From Leidyana gryllorum EB-2025a (taxonomy: Eukaryota; Protista; Apicomplexa), in assembly GCA_048772705.1 (NCBI GenBank), contig JBLWGC010000169.1, forward strand, positions 1 to 64,000: 64,000 nt of DNA. Direction: 5' to 3'. A model generated the notes under the pieces. It worked only from the letters and a program-made list of their open reading frames with translations. It was not told the DNA's origin and searched no databases. Made by a program: the position numbers and the translations under genes. How positions within the stretch are numbered: the first letter of the stretch is position 1; the number at the start of each line of letters is the position of its first letter. Shown in pieces: positions 13,201-25,230 of the stretch.

Positions 13201-16077
13201 TCTTCTTCGGGCAGTTTCTGCAGAGTCAATCCGTGTGACAGAATGTGGTTCCGTTGATGGCCAATAATTCCTTCCATTATATCGCAACGGTTACTGTAAA
13301 ATCGAATGCGTTTCTGCAACAGATTCACTGTCGTCCGCAAAGTACCAATGGTCGCTGTCAACTTTTTCACTTCCGCTTCTGACTGAGCCAACCGCTGCAA
13401 CGCAGCACCCCGCTGCTGACACGCCGTGTCTCGAGCCCGACGGAAGGCATTGCATTCCCGACGAATCACAGACATATCCTGACTGATCTGCTCGCTCACA
13501 CCTGAAAGTGAAAGTCGGAGTGGAGTGATCGCAATCGCCGCCCCACACTCACCAGCGCTGTTGGCGCCCGGCGTCTCCGGCAGATCCGAAGGAGAGGTAT
13601 AACCGGCCGTCTCCTCGTCCTCAGGTCGGGGGCTCTGCTTATGAATCTCAGCCAATAAAGTCCGATATCGGGACGCCAGAGACTCATATTCCATCTTTAT
13701 TTTGTGCAATTCATCCGTTGCCGCAAACGCAGACTGTTGATACATTTCCCGATCAGCCACCAACTGAGACACACACACACACATTCTGTCATCTGCGGTC
13801 CAACTCACCGCTCTCAATTGCTCCTCCAACTCGTTCTTCACCTGCAGCGTCGCCTGGAGATCTCGTGCCAACTGCAACGCGTCAAATGCATCCGCATCGC
13901 CACTTTGCATACCTGAGTGGTGCCTTCATGATGGCGTTCGGCGACGAGGACCTCGTCCGACAGCTGTGCCCGGAGGGTCGCGTTCTCCTGTTGGAAGACG
14001 CGCAGCTCCTCTTGCAGCTTTGTAATTCGCTGTTAAAGAATTTTCAGTGCCCAATGCTGCATTTTACCTCAGTGATTAGTCGGTTACTCTCCTCCACAGA
14101 CTTGAATTCGGATTGCAAACTGTCATACTGCCGTGTTATGTGGGCAGTCTCGTCTGTCAGTTTGCGAACTCTTTGCACGAGATCGTCTCGATCTCTGCAT
14201 ACGGCATTATATTGGCCGTCTTTAACCACAAGTGCTCTCCCAATGTCGTCAATCTTCACTGATTGATCATTGATCTGTGCCGTCTTTTGTGCCAACTCCT
14301 CCCTCAGCTCTTCGAGCTCCGCCAAACGGTTCGCCTCTGCTTTGCTTTGCTCTTCGGCTGCCAGGTGACGCTCCACCTCCGCTTTCTCAAAATACTCCAA
14401 TCGATTCTTGTCGTACTGAAGGGGAGTCTCGCATCGGACACACCGGTTGCCGGGGGGGGGCCAAAGGGGGGGCACCAACAATAGGGAGACGGCACTTGCG
14501 GGCACTTGTGACATTACCTGCATAGCCTTATTGGCTTTGTCTAACTGAGCGATAACGCGAGCGTATTTCTTTCCGATCGCTTCCATATCGTCTTCCATTG
14601 ATTGTATCTGAAGCGAATTAGAGAGAGACGTCTCATTTTGTCCATTACTTCTCCCTCTCACCCTTCGTTTCAGAGTGTCAACAAGTTTCTCCTTTTCCTC
14701 ACGTGCCATCTGCAGCATCCGTTTCTCGCTCATCCACGCGTCTTTGGCGGCCTCGAACGCATCGAGCTGTTCAGCGCTCGTGAATATCGGATGTCTCTTG
14801 CGATGTGAGTTCGGAGACGCTTCATTCTCTTTCTGCCCGGCCGGCGGGCGGTGGTCGTTGTCCCCGGTCCCTCCCGAGTTGGCCGCCTCCTGTTTCTTCA
14901 ACAGAGCGGCCAACTTTTTCTCAATCTTTCGGATCTGTTCGTTCAGCTCTCCTTTCTGTGCCTCCAACTCGCTCACAGTGGCGCGAGCCTTCTGAAGTTC
15001 GGAGACCAGACTCTCAGTCCCTGTTTGGGACTGGCCAATCTTTGCTCGAACGCTCTCCACCACTTGGAGGATCGCCATCTCGTGACTCTCGTGACGACAT
15101 TTGCCGCAGTTTGTCGACCCCACCGGCATCCCCGCCGCCGCCGACCCCGTCAACAGCGCCGCAATCTCCCGGTCCTTCTCCGCTATCACCTCCTGCAACT
15201 GATTCTTCTCTTCACAAGCCGCCCACACCGCCTGAAACTCTTTCAGAAACGGCGGAAACTCTCTCTTCCCCTTCTCGTCAACCAGACCAGAAGCTTTCGC
15301 CCGCTCGTAAGCCAATAGCAACGATAAAAGGGATGCTGACGCTTGAGTCCAATCTCCCCCTTCCTCGCCCCGCTGGTCATTGATCTTAAGAACCGATGTC
15401 AAAATCACTAATAGAGATTCACATAGCCGACTCAATCGGAAAACCTGTTCAACCCATCCAGACAAGAGAGTCCGCTGCCACTCTTACTCTGGCACTCGTC
15501 TCCGCCGCCTCATAGTCAGACAAGGGCCCCATCATGTGGCCGTTCCCCTGCGGCTGACCTCCAGTAGCCGGCACCACCGTCGCAGCCTTGGCACTCTCGA
15601 CCGCTTCAGTCAACTGTAGATTGCGCTCTTTAAGCTGCCGCACTCTGCCGTAACAACGTTATTCGCCACTCACTTAGCTCACACACACACACACACTTTC
15701 GGAGCGCTCCCACACACACACTTTCGGATCGCTCCCACACACACACTCACACCTGTTCAGATTACTCACTGTTTGATAATGTTGCTATTGGAATCAACAA
15801 GTCGGGTGAGATCATTGAATAGGCGTTCCACAAGATCTGCGGAATGGACGTCAAACGGCAACAGATACTTGAGAGAGGCCAGTTTGGTCCCCAATTCGGT
15901 CAAGCGATCTGGTGGCCATCTTGCGTAATTGGCTTGGAGTTTGGGATCAATGGCGGCGGCCGTCGTATTATTAGTCACTGGTTGTCTCGCTCCACGGCCA
16001 GAGTTGATAGGGGGAGGGGGAGGGGGCGCAACGGCTGTTGCCGCTTGACGAGCCTCACTTGCCAATGGAGGGGCCAT
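7236..16077 (-). CDS. Giant (about 2,800 aa) CEP135/Bld10-like coiled-coil protein with a long disordered C-terminal extension
   Basis: N-terminal LASLKYLLPFDVHSADLVERLFNDLTRLVDS resembles the CEP135 N-terminal signature (L..LGY.......LVEKLFSDL..TTES). ORFs 15766-16098, 15449-15643, 14044-15465, a short exon near 13913-14029 and 7236-13910 join in frame through GT-AG introns. Confidence 0.6.
10225..10475. repeat. Degenerate coding repeats (ESPPYYDQRED-like) in the giant protein
   Basis: About 5 copies of GGGCTCTCG..TCGTAATA-type units on the + strand. Confidence 0.85.
11441..11510. repeat. 27-bp coding tandem repeat (GDGDGNLYN)
   Basis: CGTCTCCGTCTCCGTTGTACAGGTTGC repeated about 2.5 times. 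Confidence 0.9.
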
Positions 16078-16092
16078 CAAAAACCACTTGTC

Positions 16093-17331
16093 ATGCACTA
16101 CCTAATAAGTATTTCAATATTGGGTGGATTGACCGTCAAAGGGCAGTACCAATCCTCTTACCCTCGGGAAGCCCCATATCAATGCTACTCTCCTCTGACA
16201 CTGCCCAGAATCGATCAGTGGGCAGTCCTCCCATTTGTGAATATGACAATCGACGACGAAGAGGATGAGAATGAGAGCGGGATCGACGATAGCGATGTGG
16301 GAAGCGATAATGCTCAGCAAATCGAGAATGAGTGGTGGCTAAAGACGAGTCCAGATGTAATCGCAGATGAAGTCATAGCGGGTCGGGACAAAGATCAGGG
16401 ACGGCCAATTAGGCTACAGATGAAGTATGTGTACCCTGTTCCAGCGGATGCTATAGATATCCCACTCGAGCCACTCAATACCCACGGGCGTTCAAGACAG
16501 GAGCACCCACCTTGGCTTGTGAAAGACCCCCTGCGCGAAGACATAGATGACTATCCTGACAAGGCTAGGGATCTGCGGCTGATTTGTGACTCGGGTCACG
16601 CCTACGACCGCTGCTTTGGCCCGCGGCTGCCAATGTGTAATGCCTACTGTGCCCGACAGTGCACAATCTTCTGCGGGGACTTGATAGGTGACTTCAAGGC
16701 CGTCCAAAGGTGCCTCAAGGGCAACCACTTGGAGCACTGCGCGTTCCGATACCTCGAAACACTCCAAACATCGGCGGCAAATGTGTGCAGAACTGAGGTT
16801 CGCACCCACAACGCGCTGCAAGGTGAGGGCACACACGTGTCTCCCGTGTTCGGACACACCGGCACACACACTGTGTACACTGTATCTTTTCGGGAAGACA
16901 TGTTGGAGACGATTAATCTCAAGCGGTTGCGCAAGGCGGTGGTGCGTTTGACGTTGGATAAGCCTTTTGACTGGCAAAGCGAAGGGCCAGGGATCGGCAA
17001 CTACATTTCCCGGACGATGGAACCTATCGGGGAAGAGTGTCATCTACCTCGGCAAGTTTTAGATTACGTGTATCTGAGTCCCACGCCTGAGCTGAGGACA
17101 CCGAGCGCATACTTTTTGCGGCCCGTGAACTACGCGACAGGCCCATACCACGTCGAAATAGACGTCACACCTTATGTCAAGGATCTTGACCGAACACAAA
17201 TGCCTTCAATAGTAATCCATTGGCCGGGGCTGCAGCCAATGTTGGCTGCGAACACGGCCGACATTCGGCTGCAAGTGGCCTCAATGCGTGATCAAGTGCT
17301 GAGTAGCGAAGGGTTTCACATCCCATACTGA
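16093..17331 (+). CDS. Secreted cysteine-containing protein, unknown function
   Basis: ATG 16093 MHYLISISILGGLTVKG is signal-like; Cys cluster CDSG..C..PMCNAYCARQCTIFC..C..C; probable in-frame intron starting near 16823. Confidence 0.7.
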   Translation: MHYLISISILGGLTVKGQYQSSYPREAPYQCYSPLTLPRIDQWAVLPFVNMTIDDEEDENESGIDDSDVGSDNAQQIENEWWLKTSPDVIADEVIAGRDKDQGRPIRLQMKYVYPVPADAIDIPLEPLNTHGRSRQEHPPWLVKDPLREDIDDYPDKARDLRLICDSGHAYDRCFGPRLPMCNAYCARQCTIFCGDLIGDFKAVQRCLKGNHLEHCAFRYLETLQTSAANVCRTEVRTHNALQGEGTHVSPVFGHTGTHTVYTVSFREDMLETINLKRLRKAVVRLTLDKPFDWQSEGPGIGNYISRTMEPIGEECHLPRQVLDYVYLSPTPELRTPSAYFLRPVNYATGPYHVEIDVTPYVKDLDRTQMPSIVIHWPGLQPMLAANTADIRLQVASMRDQVLSSEGFHIPY

Positions 17332-17358
17332 GGGCAGAGATCAAAATTTTCGTCCAAG

Positions 17359-17688
17359 ATGAGTATCAACTACTTACGCGAGGCAGAGGATCCCCAGGCG
17401 CACGCACGGGCGGCAACGAGCACATGTTTGACTCTGAGCATCACTAGTGAAGATCACACTATGGGAAACGCGTTACGGTGTATGTTGACAAGTCGGCTGG
17501 ACACCGAGTTTGCTGGTTACTCCATCCCCCACCCGACCCAGAAGGAGCTGAATTTCCGCTTACAAACTCTGCAGCGTCCAGCGTTGGATGTGTTCGCCGA
17601 AGCGGTTGATAATCTGAACGATTTGGGCAAACATATTGAGAAGACTTTCGAGGAGGCGATTCAGACATATGAGAACAAGATGGGCTAA
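17359..17688 (+). CDS. POLR1D: RNA polymerase I/III subunit RPAC2 (AC19)
   Basis: EDHTMGNALR and FAGYSIPHP...NFRLQT are Rpb11/AC19 signatures. Confidence 0.92.
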   Translation: MSINYLREAEDPQAHARAATSTCLTLSITSEDHTMGNALRCMLTSRLDTEFAGYSIPHPTQKELNFRLQTLQRPALDVFAEAVDNLNDLGKHIEKTFEEAIQTYENKMG

Positions 17689-19780
17689 TGATCAATCTTT
17701 GGCCGTTTCACCATACTTTGAGCCTCCAGTCGTCCCCTGAGCAGTGTTAGATAACCGCAAGTGCACATTTTCAGACCACATTGAGGACATTTCTTCTCGC
17801 CAGTCAATAGCGCTTCTCCACCTTCGACCAACGGGGATGTATCGAGGACGGGATCGGGCTGAGTCCGCTTATACGCCCGATCAACAATACTAACTTCTCC
17901 GTATTTACGGGATCCCAAAGAAGTACCTTCACGTAGCCGCTCGACCCAATCTTCATCGTCACCCCGTTGCGCCTGTTCTGCGCTGATGAAAGAGTTCATC
18001 GCGGTCTGAGCCATTGTCTTCTTCAAGACGGGTCCCTCGTGGGGCAAATGTACCGACAGAGGCACCGCTGGGTTTTGCTCGGATCGTCTTTGGTGTCGCT
18101 TCGGTTTCACTCTGCAGATAGAGGGGGGAAAGATCATCGATAAGCCGTCACCGAGTCACTTACTCTTTGAGTGTGCCGTCATTGAGACACTTTATATTAC
18201 TCGGCAGATTATACCACGAATAGGAGCTGTCAGTATCAATGGCAATCGGCTCGGTACTCTTGCGAGTGACCGCCGCTCCGGCCTGTTTGATTGCCAGTGC
18301 CCCTTCACCGCCAATTCCACGACGTCTACGAACCACCACCCCCGACTGGAGGGCTTCTTCCTCTTCTCCACCCTCCTCCGCATCTTCGACCAAACAGCAC
18401 ACTTTGCCCTGACTGTCTCCGACGAAGAGCTGTCGCAGGCCATCGTGGCTGGTCAGACACCCCAACTTGTCATCGCCCCGGCTGCCGAGCGCCTCGACTT
18501 CTTCCATTGTTTTGGAGTCCAAAGCTGAGACATAGTGACCTCTGATGTCACTATGAGTTGTGGTGAGGACGTATCGCGAGAAGTGGTACAGACTGAGAGT
18601 GGGCCTTTTGAGGTTGGACGACACAATGGACACTCTTTTCACCGGTTCCTTCATTTGTCGCGGGTCCCATTCTGAGGCAAAGAGAGATTGGAAACAAATT
18701 GTTGACGACTTACGGCAAATGTGGTTAGGGGACCGGGAATAGAAACAGGTCCCAGAGGCGTTACTCTCAATCTTGGAGACGGCCTCGCCCTGATGAGAGC
18801 CGCGGGCGATCTTTGTGGGTTTGCGGCTTTTGGAGTGGCTCTGTCTGGCGTCAAAGAGCTGTACAGAGTCATCGCTGCAGCCAGCAGCAATGAGACTGTC
18901 ACCCACGTAGCAGACAGTGTTGACGTGACAGTCGCGTGTGATGTTCGAGCCCCGTTTGTCCAACGCTTTGAAGACCACAATACTCGCCAAGGCCTGGTCC
19001 AACCCCTGCGGCGGCGCGTTCATATCCCACAACCGCACGGTACCGTCGAGCGAACCCGATATGAACAGATTGACTTGGCTCGGATGCCACTGTAAGGCGT
19101 TGACTGTGTGTGTGTGTCCCGGAGTTTGGGCTGAATCTCGGACGTACATATCGCCTTTGAAGGTTGACTGTGGGAGGGGTGAGCCAAGATGAGACTTGAT
19201 GAGTTTGTGGTATCAATTCTTACCACAATCTGATTTAAGCCATTGTCATAGACGCGTACGTATCTCTCGCTGCTAATGACGAGCAGATGGGATCCCGTTA
19301 GCGACCATTCGATTTGGTCCACGGGGTGGTGCTCCGGCAGACTGATCCCGCGGTACTTTGTACCGGTTAAATCCATATTGTGAAAGTCCCATAGGCGTAT
19401 CTGAAGGGGGCGATGAGGCGATGGGGGGGTAATGAGGGTTCACTCACTGTTCCGTTTTGGTCGCCGGTGGCGAATCGGTTGCCACGATTGACTATGGATA
19501 TGGCCGTGACAGCCGCCTCGTGGACGGGGACGTCTATGACGGTGGCCGGGAGAGGTGGGAGGGGTTCATCCGGGGCATCGTCGATGTCAAAAGAGGGGTC
19601 CTTGTCATCGTTATTTTGGGGCGGCGGCGAAGGGGGTAGAGAACTAGCTGGGGCTGGCGGTTCACTAAGAATATTGTTGGGCGGTTTGTTGTTTGATGAC
19701 GATGACCTATGCTCAACAGCAGCCTCCTTTTCCTCTTCGTCCGAGGATGAAGCTGCATACGCCCCATCCAAGCAATTCAT
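17685..19780 (-). CDS. WDR70: WD40 protein WDR70/GAD-1-like (multi-exon)
   Basis: GDMYVRDSAQTPGHT, WHP...FISGSLDGTVRLWD and the C-terminal VDRAYKRTQP match WDR70; acidic N-terminus. Confidence 0.8.
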
Positions 19781-19806
19781 TGGCTGACTTTTTTTATTTA
19801 TACCAC

Positions 19807-21972
19807 TTAACGACAGATGACCACATCGTCAATCTTGAGCAACATGACCACAGTTTCCGTAGCCAACTTGAGTGCAGACTGCGATACCAACAACGGCTGC
19901 ACAATGTTCAGATCCGTCATCATGTTTTCGGCCACACTTCCCTGCGTGTGCGCGGAATACAAAATCCAATCAAAGTCTGTGTTGTCACTCACCCTCTTCA
20001 CGTCAACGCCGGCAAACTTGCTGCCCTCATTGTGTTTGAGGCGCAGCTCAGTCACAATTTTGATGGGAGACAGACCCGCGTTCTCAGCCAAAGTGTACGG
20101 AATCACCTCCATGGCATCAGCATAGGCCTTCACACACAGCTGTTCAGCCCCGAGCAGAGTCAGTGCCTTCTCGGCCAACTTGGTGTTAATCTCTGTCTCT
20201 GGAGCACCACCACCCGGCAACAGCGCGCGAGTGCGAACGATCGAACGCATCACACACACAGCATCCCGGAAAGATCTCTCAGCCTCATCCAAAGTCTGCA
20301 CCAAAGACGACAAATTGGCCAAAGATGATAGAAGAAGAAGAAGAAGAAGAAACTCACCAAAGTATTCGATGCCCGAATCACCACACTCACGGCGTTGGTC
20401 GATGGCACACCCACAAATTTGACGATACGCGACTCTCCCATCACTTCCTCACTCACTTTAGCCGCGCTCCCGAGACGGTCAGCAGTGAAGTGATCCAACG
20501 AAGCGATCGGCTCGCACTTGAGGGTCTGTCAAACAAAAAAATCGCTGTCGGAAGGGGGAAGGGAGACTGTACCTTTGAGATGAACTCAATGTCCTCGCGC
20601 TCAATGTCAGTGATGACAGCGATCTTCATCTTTGCCAGCAGGTCAAAGGCCAGAGTGCTGACCGCATCGCGCAAAATGGACTTTTGGACCAACAGCACAT
20701 TGCAACCAGTAGCCGCAATGTGCCGAACTATCTTGGCGATCTGAGTCTTCTCCTGTCTCAATAGTCTGTCCATGGCAGTGTAGTCTTTGACCTCAATGGT
20801 TTGGTCCATATCAGTCTTGGGCAAAGAGATGCAAAACTGAATCAAACCAATCTTGGCGTTCTGCACATATGTGGGACCCATAGCTCGACGGGTTATCCGC
20901 TGATTCTGCAACACCAAACCTTCAACCAACTCAGAGTCGTCCACAGTGCCCCCGAACTGCTTCACCACCCGGATGTCCTTCAAGTCAACGTTCTCAACTG
21001 TCTTGATATCCTTAACAATCTTCAAAACAGCATCCACAGCGATCGGAGCCAAGTGAGAGGCCAAACTCGAAACAACTTTGCTCTGCAAAGAGGTTGTCAC
21101 CGCACGCTCAAGATCGTTACGGTTCTCCAAATCCACCGGCTGAGCGATATCCTGCAGTATCTCCTGAGCCATCTTCTCAGCCTTCAGGAAACCAGAGGCC
21201 ACCGTCTGGGGATGCAAACCACGAGCCAACAGCTCACTAGCGGCAGTCAACAAAGCCCCGCACAATACCACCACAGACGTTGTACCATCTCCAGCCTCCA
21301 CATCCTGAGCCTCAGACAACTCCACCAACATCTTCGCTGCCGGATGCGATACATTCAATTCCTTCAGGATGGTAGCACCATCATTCGTGATCACAACCCC
21401 ACCCTTGCTGTCCTGAATCATCTTATCCATCCCACGGGGCCCCAATGAGGTTCGAACGCTGTCCGCGACCGCTGCAAGGAAACAGTATATCTGGCGAATC
21501 GTGATACAGTAGGATATGAAAGGGAAGGATATGAAATGCCCGCATCTGAAATGCCCGGATATGAAATGCCCGGATATGAAATGCCCGCATCTGAAATGCC
21601 CGGATATGGAATCTCCTTCTCAAGGCGCGCCATTCGGCTGAAACGTCACCAACGCGTGTGCTGTGTCTCTTCGATTGAAGGACCGCGCACGTGTGTGCTA
21701 CCCCAAAAAGACGCTTTCGGTTGTATAAAACCGATTGATAGGCTTCGCGGGGATCGCTTGTGATATATTAGAGATTGGAGCATGTGATGTACAAAGACAC
21801 AAGACTGACGAAGTGGTGAATTTGTATTACCTTTTGCGGCGTTAACATTCTGCTGGCGTGTTTGGTCTGCGCGGTCATTACGATCCAATCTGTCAGTGTT
21901 GGGCGTCGGTTGCGGCCTGGTCCGTGCCACAGAGGCCATGGTGGGGCCGCCTGCGAGGGGAGCGGACGCCAT
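19807..21972 (-). CDS. CCT4: T-complex protein 1 subunit delta (chaperonin CCT4)
   Basis: [55 protein letters not shown] and LKIDDVV. Confidence 0.95.
21528..21610. repeat. 15-bp tandem repeat (ATGAAATGCCCGGAT, about 5 copies) in CCT4 intron 1
   Basis: Directly visible; two unit variants (GCATCT and GGATAT). Confidence 0.95.
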
Positions 21973-22038
21973 GATGTAAAAGATTTGAGTTTTTGGCGAG
22001 CATTGATGGGCGAAAACGGGACTAAAAAGGCTTCTGTG

Positions 22039-23415
22039 TCAGTAGAAGGCGAACTGGTCTCGGTGTTGTTGGGATGAGAGGTATCCGGAATTGTTGGAGG
22101 GTTGTCGACTCGTGTTGGGGTGGTTGTGGTTGTGATTGGAGTTGTTGTTGTTGGTGGAGTTGTGGTTGGAGTGGTGATTGTTGTTGTTGTTGGAGTTGGA
22201 GTTGTTGTGGTGGTTGTTGCGCCGAGTGTACTGGCGCGGTTGTTGTGTCCGCGCATTAAACTGGAAGGCGCGGTGGGAGGAGTGATTGCCATTGGCGGGA
22301 TCAGCCCCCTTGATGGGCTGCGGCTGAGGAAGGGTCATGCCGTTGTTGTTGTTGGAGCTGTCATCATTTTGCTTGGTATTAGAAACCTGCTGTTGTGACT
22401 TGTAGATATAAAGGTATCGCTCGTAGACCTGTCTTGCATACTCCGAGACGACACGGTCACCCTCCTCGTGACGAGTAGTGGAGCACATGTTGCACCGGAA
22501 TCGTCTGGGGAAATTGACGTTTCCACATTTTGAGCACTCCCAGTTCCCATTGCGACCCTTCTTAGGCAAGGGGCCATTTTTGGCGAAGCAAAGAGGGTCG
22601 CCATAGATCTTGAGAAAGGTGGAGGGATTCTTGAACTCATCTGGGTGGACGAGTTTGACACTCGGCAGCGACCCTCCATTAGTCGAGTCGGCTGTGAGGT
22701 CGATGGTTGTGTGTTCCTCGTCGGCGGCTTCCGAGCGGCCGAGCAATGAAAGAGCCGTTCTGAGAACTGTGACGGCCTCCTCGAGCGTAAATTCGCGGAG
22801 GAGCTGCTCGGTGAGGCTCTTGGAGTGCAGAACCGCGTCAACTGCCGAGTTTGTCGAGCGAGGGGGCAATTCTTGCACCGCCGGAGGCAAGGGGAAGCAG
22901 TACGGGACGGCTTTCAGCCAAGCTGCGGGGGAGAAGGAGTCCGGGACGGGTAATTGTGTGGGGGTGTCCCCGACGTGAGTGGCGCCAGAGACGAGACCGT
23001 GGAGGCCCCCGCCGCCTCCAGAGTCGGCGGTGGTTTGCTCATCGGTCTTATCCGTCTGTTTGGTTAATGGAGGGGGAGGAGTGTTGGGGATCGGCAATGT
23101 GAGTGGGGAGGCCGGCGGCCAACCTTGCGCTGCGATTTGAGGGTGGTGCCCCGCCGGTGACAGGAAGCCCGCGCCCTGCAGGTTGGCAATCTGCAAAAAG
23201 TGCTGTGGCCAGTCGGCTGGCGGCAATACCGGAGACGCGTAGCCGGCGACCGGAGTGCCTGGAGCCACCAGGTGGTGGTGGGCTTGAGCTGTCACCGCTG
23301 GAGAAAGAGCCATCAATGGCGTTGTAGCGTAAACTCCAGTCATACGAGTGGGATCGAAAACAGGCGAGGCCATACGCGCCTCTCGCACTGCAGCTTCCGA
23401 CGGATCCTCAAGCAT
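22039..23415 (-). CDS. RanBP2-type zinc-finger (probably RNA-binding) protein with N/H-rich tail
   Basis: GNWECSKCGNVNFPRRFRCNMC fits W-x-C-x2-C-x3-N-x6-C-x2-C; start codon uncertain. Confidence 0.8.
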   Translation of the reverse strand: MLEDPSEAAVREARMASPVFDPTRMTGVYATTPLMALSPAVTAQAHHHLVAPGTPVAGYASPVLPPADWPQHFLQIANLQGAGFLSPAGHHPQIAAQGWPPASPLTLPIPNTPPPPLTKQTDKTDEQTTADSGGGGGLHGLVSGATHVGDTPTQLPVPDSFSPAAWLKAVPYCFPLPPAVQELPPRSTNSAVDAVLHSKSLTEQLLREFTLEEAVTVLRTALSLLGRSEAADEEHTTIDLTADSTNGGSLPSVKLVHPDEFKNPSTFLKIYGDPLCFAKNGPLPKKGRNGNWECSKCGNVNFPRRFRCNMCSTTRHEEGDRVVSEYARQVYERYLYIYKSQQQVSNTKQNDDSSNNNNGMTLPQPQPIKGADPANGNHSSHRAFQFNARTQQPRQYTRRNNHHNNSNSNNNNNHHSNHNSTNNNNSNHNHNHPNTSRQPSNNSGYLSSQQHRDQFAFY

Positions 23416-23812
23416 CTTTCTTTCAAATGAAGCAAGCGAGCGAGTGATCGATCAATGTGTGATAGATACACTCAAACGTAAGCAGCAACAGTCAGTGTGT
23501 GTGTGTGTGTGTATATGCGTAGTACCTTACAATGCTACAGCATCGACTACAGATCGAGTCTCTCACTCGGCAAAGACAAAGACCAAGACTTTCTCTCTCT
23601 CTCGCGCGAAGAATAGTAATAATACTCAGTCAGTCAGTAGTACCTTGCCCAGGGGAGGAGGAAAGACACGCCCTCTCTTTCTATATAACTGGGAGGACAA
23701 GATGATCAAAATGTATCACCTGCGCGCTCGATCAACAAGGAGACAACAACCAGATCCAAAAAGACTCAGTGAGTACACCAACCAATACACCCGCCAAAAA
23801 ACATTTTTAATT

Positions 23813-24294
23813 ATGCTGCGCTCTACAAACAAGGAAGCCGAAGTCAATGCCGCCCGAAAACGCGGTATTGAGGTAGAAACACGCAAGAAATGTAAGCCAA
23901 CAATCCCATCACTCCCCACCATACAATCAACAATCAGTCTCGGGAGGAAAAAACTCCTCAGCTCACGCTGGACCCTCCAACGCCGCTGCTATCGAAGCCG
24001 ATGACATCAATACAAAGGTACCAAAAGTCTCCTATGACTTCGCCCAAGCACTCCAACAAGCCCGTATGAACAAAGGAATGACTCAGGCCGAGCTGGCCCG
24101 TTCCATCAACGAGAAACCGTCCGTTGTCAATGACTATGAAGCCGGAAGGGTAAGTCACATCTCAACCCTCAACATCAGCAATACCTCGACACACGCAGGC
24201 CGTTCCCAACGGACAAATCGTCAGCAAAATGCAAAGGGTACTTGGAGCCAAACTCCCAAAGGCCACGGTCAAGGAGAAGCCTCTCGTCGATTGA
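23813..24294 (+). CDS. MBF1: Multiprotein bridging factor 1
   Basis: Spliced (2 introns): ...VETRKKF.GGKN...LQQARMNKGMTQAELARSINEKPSVVNDYEAGRAVPNGQIVSKMQRVLGAKL. Confidence 0.92.
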
Positions 24295-24384
24295 AACAAA
24301 AACTCTAAGCCGTCCTCCTAATCCTCCTATACGCCAAGCCAAGACGCTCCGGCGCCAATTGACAGAAGAACCTCAACCATTCCA

Positions 24385-25230
24385 TCAATCAAACACAAAG
24401 TCTCTCCAATCAGAAAGCACTCTCTTCTCCTCAAGAGCCCAGTCAACCTCTGACACCGCCGACTGGGCCCGTCGTTGGTACATCGGTCCTGGGGAGAGCA
24501 ATGCATGACCCTTCAGAGCCGCCACGCCTCTTGCCGAAATTTGTGCTCGCCTCTCTGTGCGAGAGTGTGTGTATGTGTCCAACCACCAATAACACCTCCA
24601 AACCAATCGGATCCATACACATAACTACCTCTAACTGCCTGCCACCCTTCCACTGTACGAGCAAAAATGCCCTTCCACTGCTGCTGCAGCTGCTCCTCGC
24701 ACCACAAAAAGCCACGCCGCCCTCGCTCACGGCGCTGCTGCCCGACAACACGTGATCCCGCATACCATCAAACAGCACATCACCACAGTCCCAGCGAGCG
24801 TTATCACGATAGTAAATCGCTCAAACACGCTCACCCGATCTTCACAGTTGTCAGCAGACGAAGTTGGCTCTCTGCCGCCAGAACAAGTTTTGCTAATAGG
24901 AATACACCGCTCTAAATGATCATTCAAAGTAAACATTAACACGGGCTATTAACACTCACTATTCGCGGGACAGTAGCCACAACCCTCAGATCGAACGCAT
25001 TTCGCGCACATCCGATGCATACTCGAACAGGCATCACTCGTTCGCAAACCAAACGCTGCAATCCCCCCCCCGCCCTCTGCCGATGGTGGTGGTGGAGGCG
25101 GTGACGGCTCGGCTGGGGGAGTCGACGAAGAGGAAGACGCATCTACGTCATTCTCTTCCTCTGGTGCAGCATCTTGACATCTCGCCAATAGCAGCACTCC
25201 GAACAGAAAGTACCAACAGATAAACTTCAT
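24385..25230 (-). CDS. Single-pass membrane protein with signal peptide and PSI-like Cys domain
   Basis: MKFICWYFLFGVLLLARC signal; CAKCVRSEGCGYC..C PSI-like pattern; TM FTIVITLAGTVVMCCLMVCGITCC; 3' exon structure uncertain. Confidence 0.6.

Noticed and set aside
21528-21610. Regular repeat array that might suggest CRISPR
   Set aside because: Contiguous 15-bp units without unique spacers, inside a spliceosomal intron, with no cas genes.
23682-23688. TATATAA upstream of MBF1
   Set aside because: A single instance about 130 bp from the ATG; it cannot be supported as a TATA box without TSS data.
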